From assembly GCA_002269645.1 (NCBI GenBank), contig NIVC01002384.1, positions 56,523 through 120,522 of the forward strand: a stretch of DNA of 64,000 nt, in the 5' to 3' direction. Positions 62,901 to 64,000 of the stretch are shown here, piece by piece. Origin of the DNA: Macrostomum lignano (taxonomy: Eukaryota). A program made the translations under genes and the position numbers. A model generated the notes under the pieces. That model made no database searches and was not told the origin of the DNA. It worked only from the letters and a program-made list of their open reading frames with translations. Each line of letters opens with the position of its first letter. Within the stretch, counting starts at the first letter, position 1.

Positions 62901-64000
62901 TGACAGATGAGCAGAAAGCGGTGTACGAGTCCGTGACTCAGAATCTTGTGGACGGCACCAGCGGCTTGCACTTCCTGGACGCACCTGCTGGCACTGGCAA
63001 GACCTTCCTGCTAGAGGTTCTGCTAGCCTTCGTGCGCAGCCGGGGTGAAGTCGCCCTCGCCGTTGCGGCTTCTGGAATCGCAGCGACTCTTTTGCCAGGT
63101 GGACAGACGGCGCATTCAACGTGAGTAATTTATTGTCAATATTTCAAAAAGCAGTTGTAAATATTTCGTGTGCTGTAAATATGTTAGGCATGGTGAAACT
63201 ATTTTTCTATGCCAGGTTCAAGATACCAATTCGGGCGATCCGTTCGAGCAAAGACGTGTGCGCTGTTGGAGCGCAGTCCAAACAGGCCGCTGTATTTCGG
63301 ACAGTGCGTCTAATTGTCTGGGACGAGATTTCTATGACAAACCGGAAGGATTTGGAGGCCGTCGACCGGTGCTTGCGAGACGTGCGGAAGCAGGACGTGC
63401 CATTCGGCGGAGTGGTTTTCGTTTGCGCTGGGGACTTTCGCCAGCTGCTGCCCGTTGTGGTGCATGGGACTCGAGCCAACAGCGTCATGGCGTGTGTCAG
63501 CAGATCCCCACTGTGGAAATTTTTCCGGCGGCATCGCCTTACAAGAAACATCCGATTGCTGAGCAGTTCCGATTCTGCAACGTATTTGAGATACACCGAG
63601 CTACTCAAGCAGGTAAGTTTGTTTTCATCAGTTTATTTATTGGAAGATTTAAGGATATTCGGTTTCTTTCGTGTTGAGAGCTCCATTTTAAAAATTGTGG
63701 CTTATTCAAGAATGCCTTGCTTAAAGTCTGTCTAGCGTTTTAAATATTTGACTTTTAACTCCCCCAGATCGGATCCGGAACAATTGACCAGGATGCAGAG
63801 GAGAAAGTGTCTCTTCCTGCTGAGATCATCATTTCTGCGGAGGCGCCGCTCAATGATCTGATAAATTTTGTGTACCCATCGTTTGAGGCGTCAGTGGAGA
63901 GGGACGGCTACTTTTGCAAGCCGAGCGATCCTGGCGCCGTACAATGACTCAGTGGATGCCATCAACGAGACGTGCCTGGGCATGTTCCCCGCAGCCTGCG
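56959..64000 (+). mobile_element. Helitron B: autonomous-type Helitron whose 3' end lies beyond the window
   Basis: Starts TCCTATATACTAAAAATGA immediately after the CTAG of Helitron A; shares the subterminal block; encodes RepHel. Confidence 0.9.
58240..64000 (+). CDS. Helitron RepHel transposase: STPR repeats - OTU - Zn finger - Rep (HUH/Y2) - PIF1 helicase; partial, with frameshifts
   Basis: Exons 58240-58718, 59005-59534, 59683-60267, 60377-61146, 61251-61592, 61680-61977, 62100-63120, 63216-63612 and 63768-end. Motifs: CDQC...CCAKGKVKLP; FVTATCNPKWPEI; EYQKRGLPHVH; VKYVIKYLLKG; DAPAGTGKTF; LIVWDEISM; AGDFRQLLPVV; RAILAPYN. Frameshifts near 59084, 61257, 62508 and 63920; GG instead of GT at donor 61593. 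Confidence 0.92.

Overview
Animal genomic DNA with spliceosomal introns, GC-rich exons and many micro/minisatellites. The style resembles a Macrostomum-like flatworm long-read assembly, which is an inference only. Host genes reconstructed by hand: an intronless IER/SERTA-like gene (8561-9058, -); an MTPAP/TUT-family nucleotidyltransferase that appears to have lost all three catalytic aspartates (17057-21944, -); UBE3B (26957-34649, -, 5 exons); SDE2 (35360-36613, -); a small disrupted THAP-domain gene (38106-38788, +); and RABEPK (44143-48986, +, 4 exons). The last 12.7 kb hold the most striking structure, two related Helitrons joined head-to-tail with no spacer. Helitron A (51326-56958; 5' TCCTATATAC, 3' hairpin + CTAG) carries an intact 3-exon RPA70-like two-OB-fold gene but no transposase. 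Helitron B (56959 to beyond 64000) starts at the next base and encodes a RepHel with STPR repeats, an OTU protease domain, a Zn finger, HUH/Y2 Rep and a PIF1 helicase. The pair sits in an A^T site that splits a tRNA-derived SINE. About a dozen single-base frameshifts, mostly deletions and several in homopolymers, affect UBE3B, RepHel and the THAP gene and look like assembly errors. No rRNA, credible tRNA gene or CRISPR array was found.
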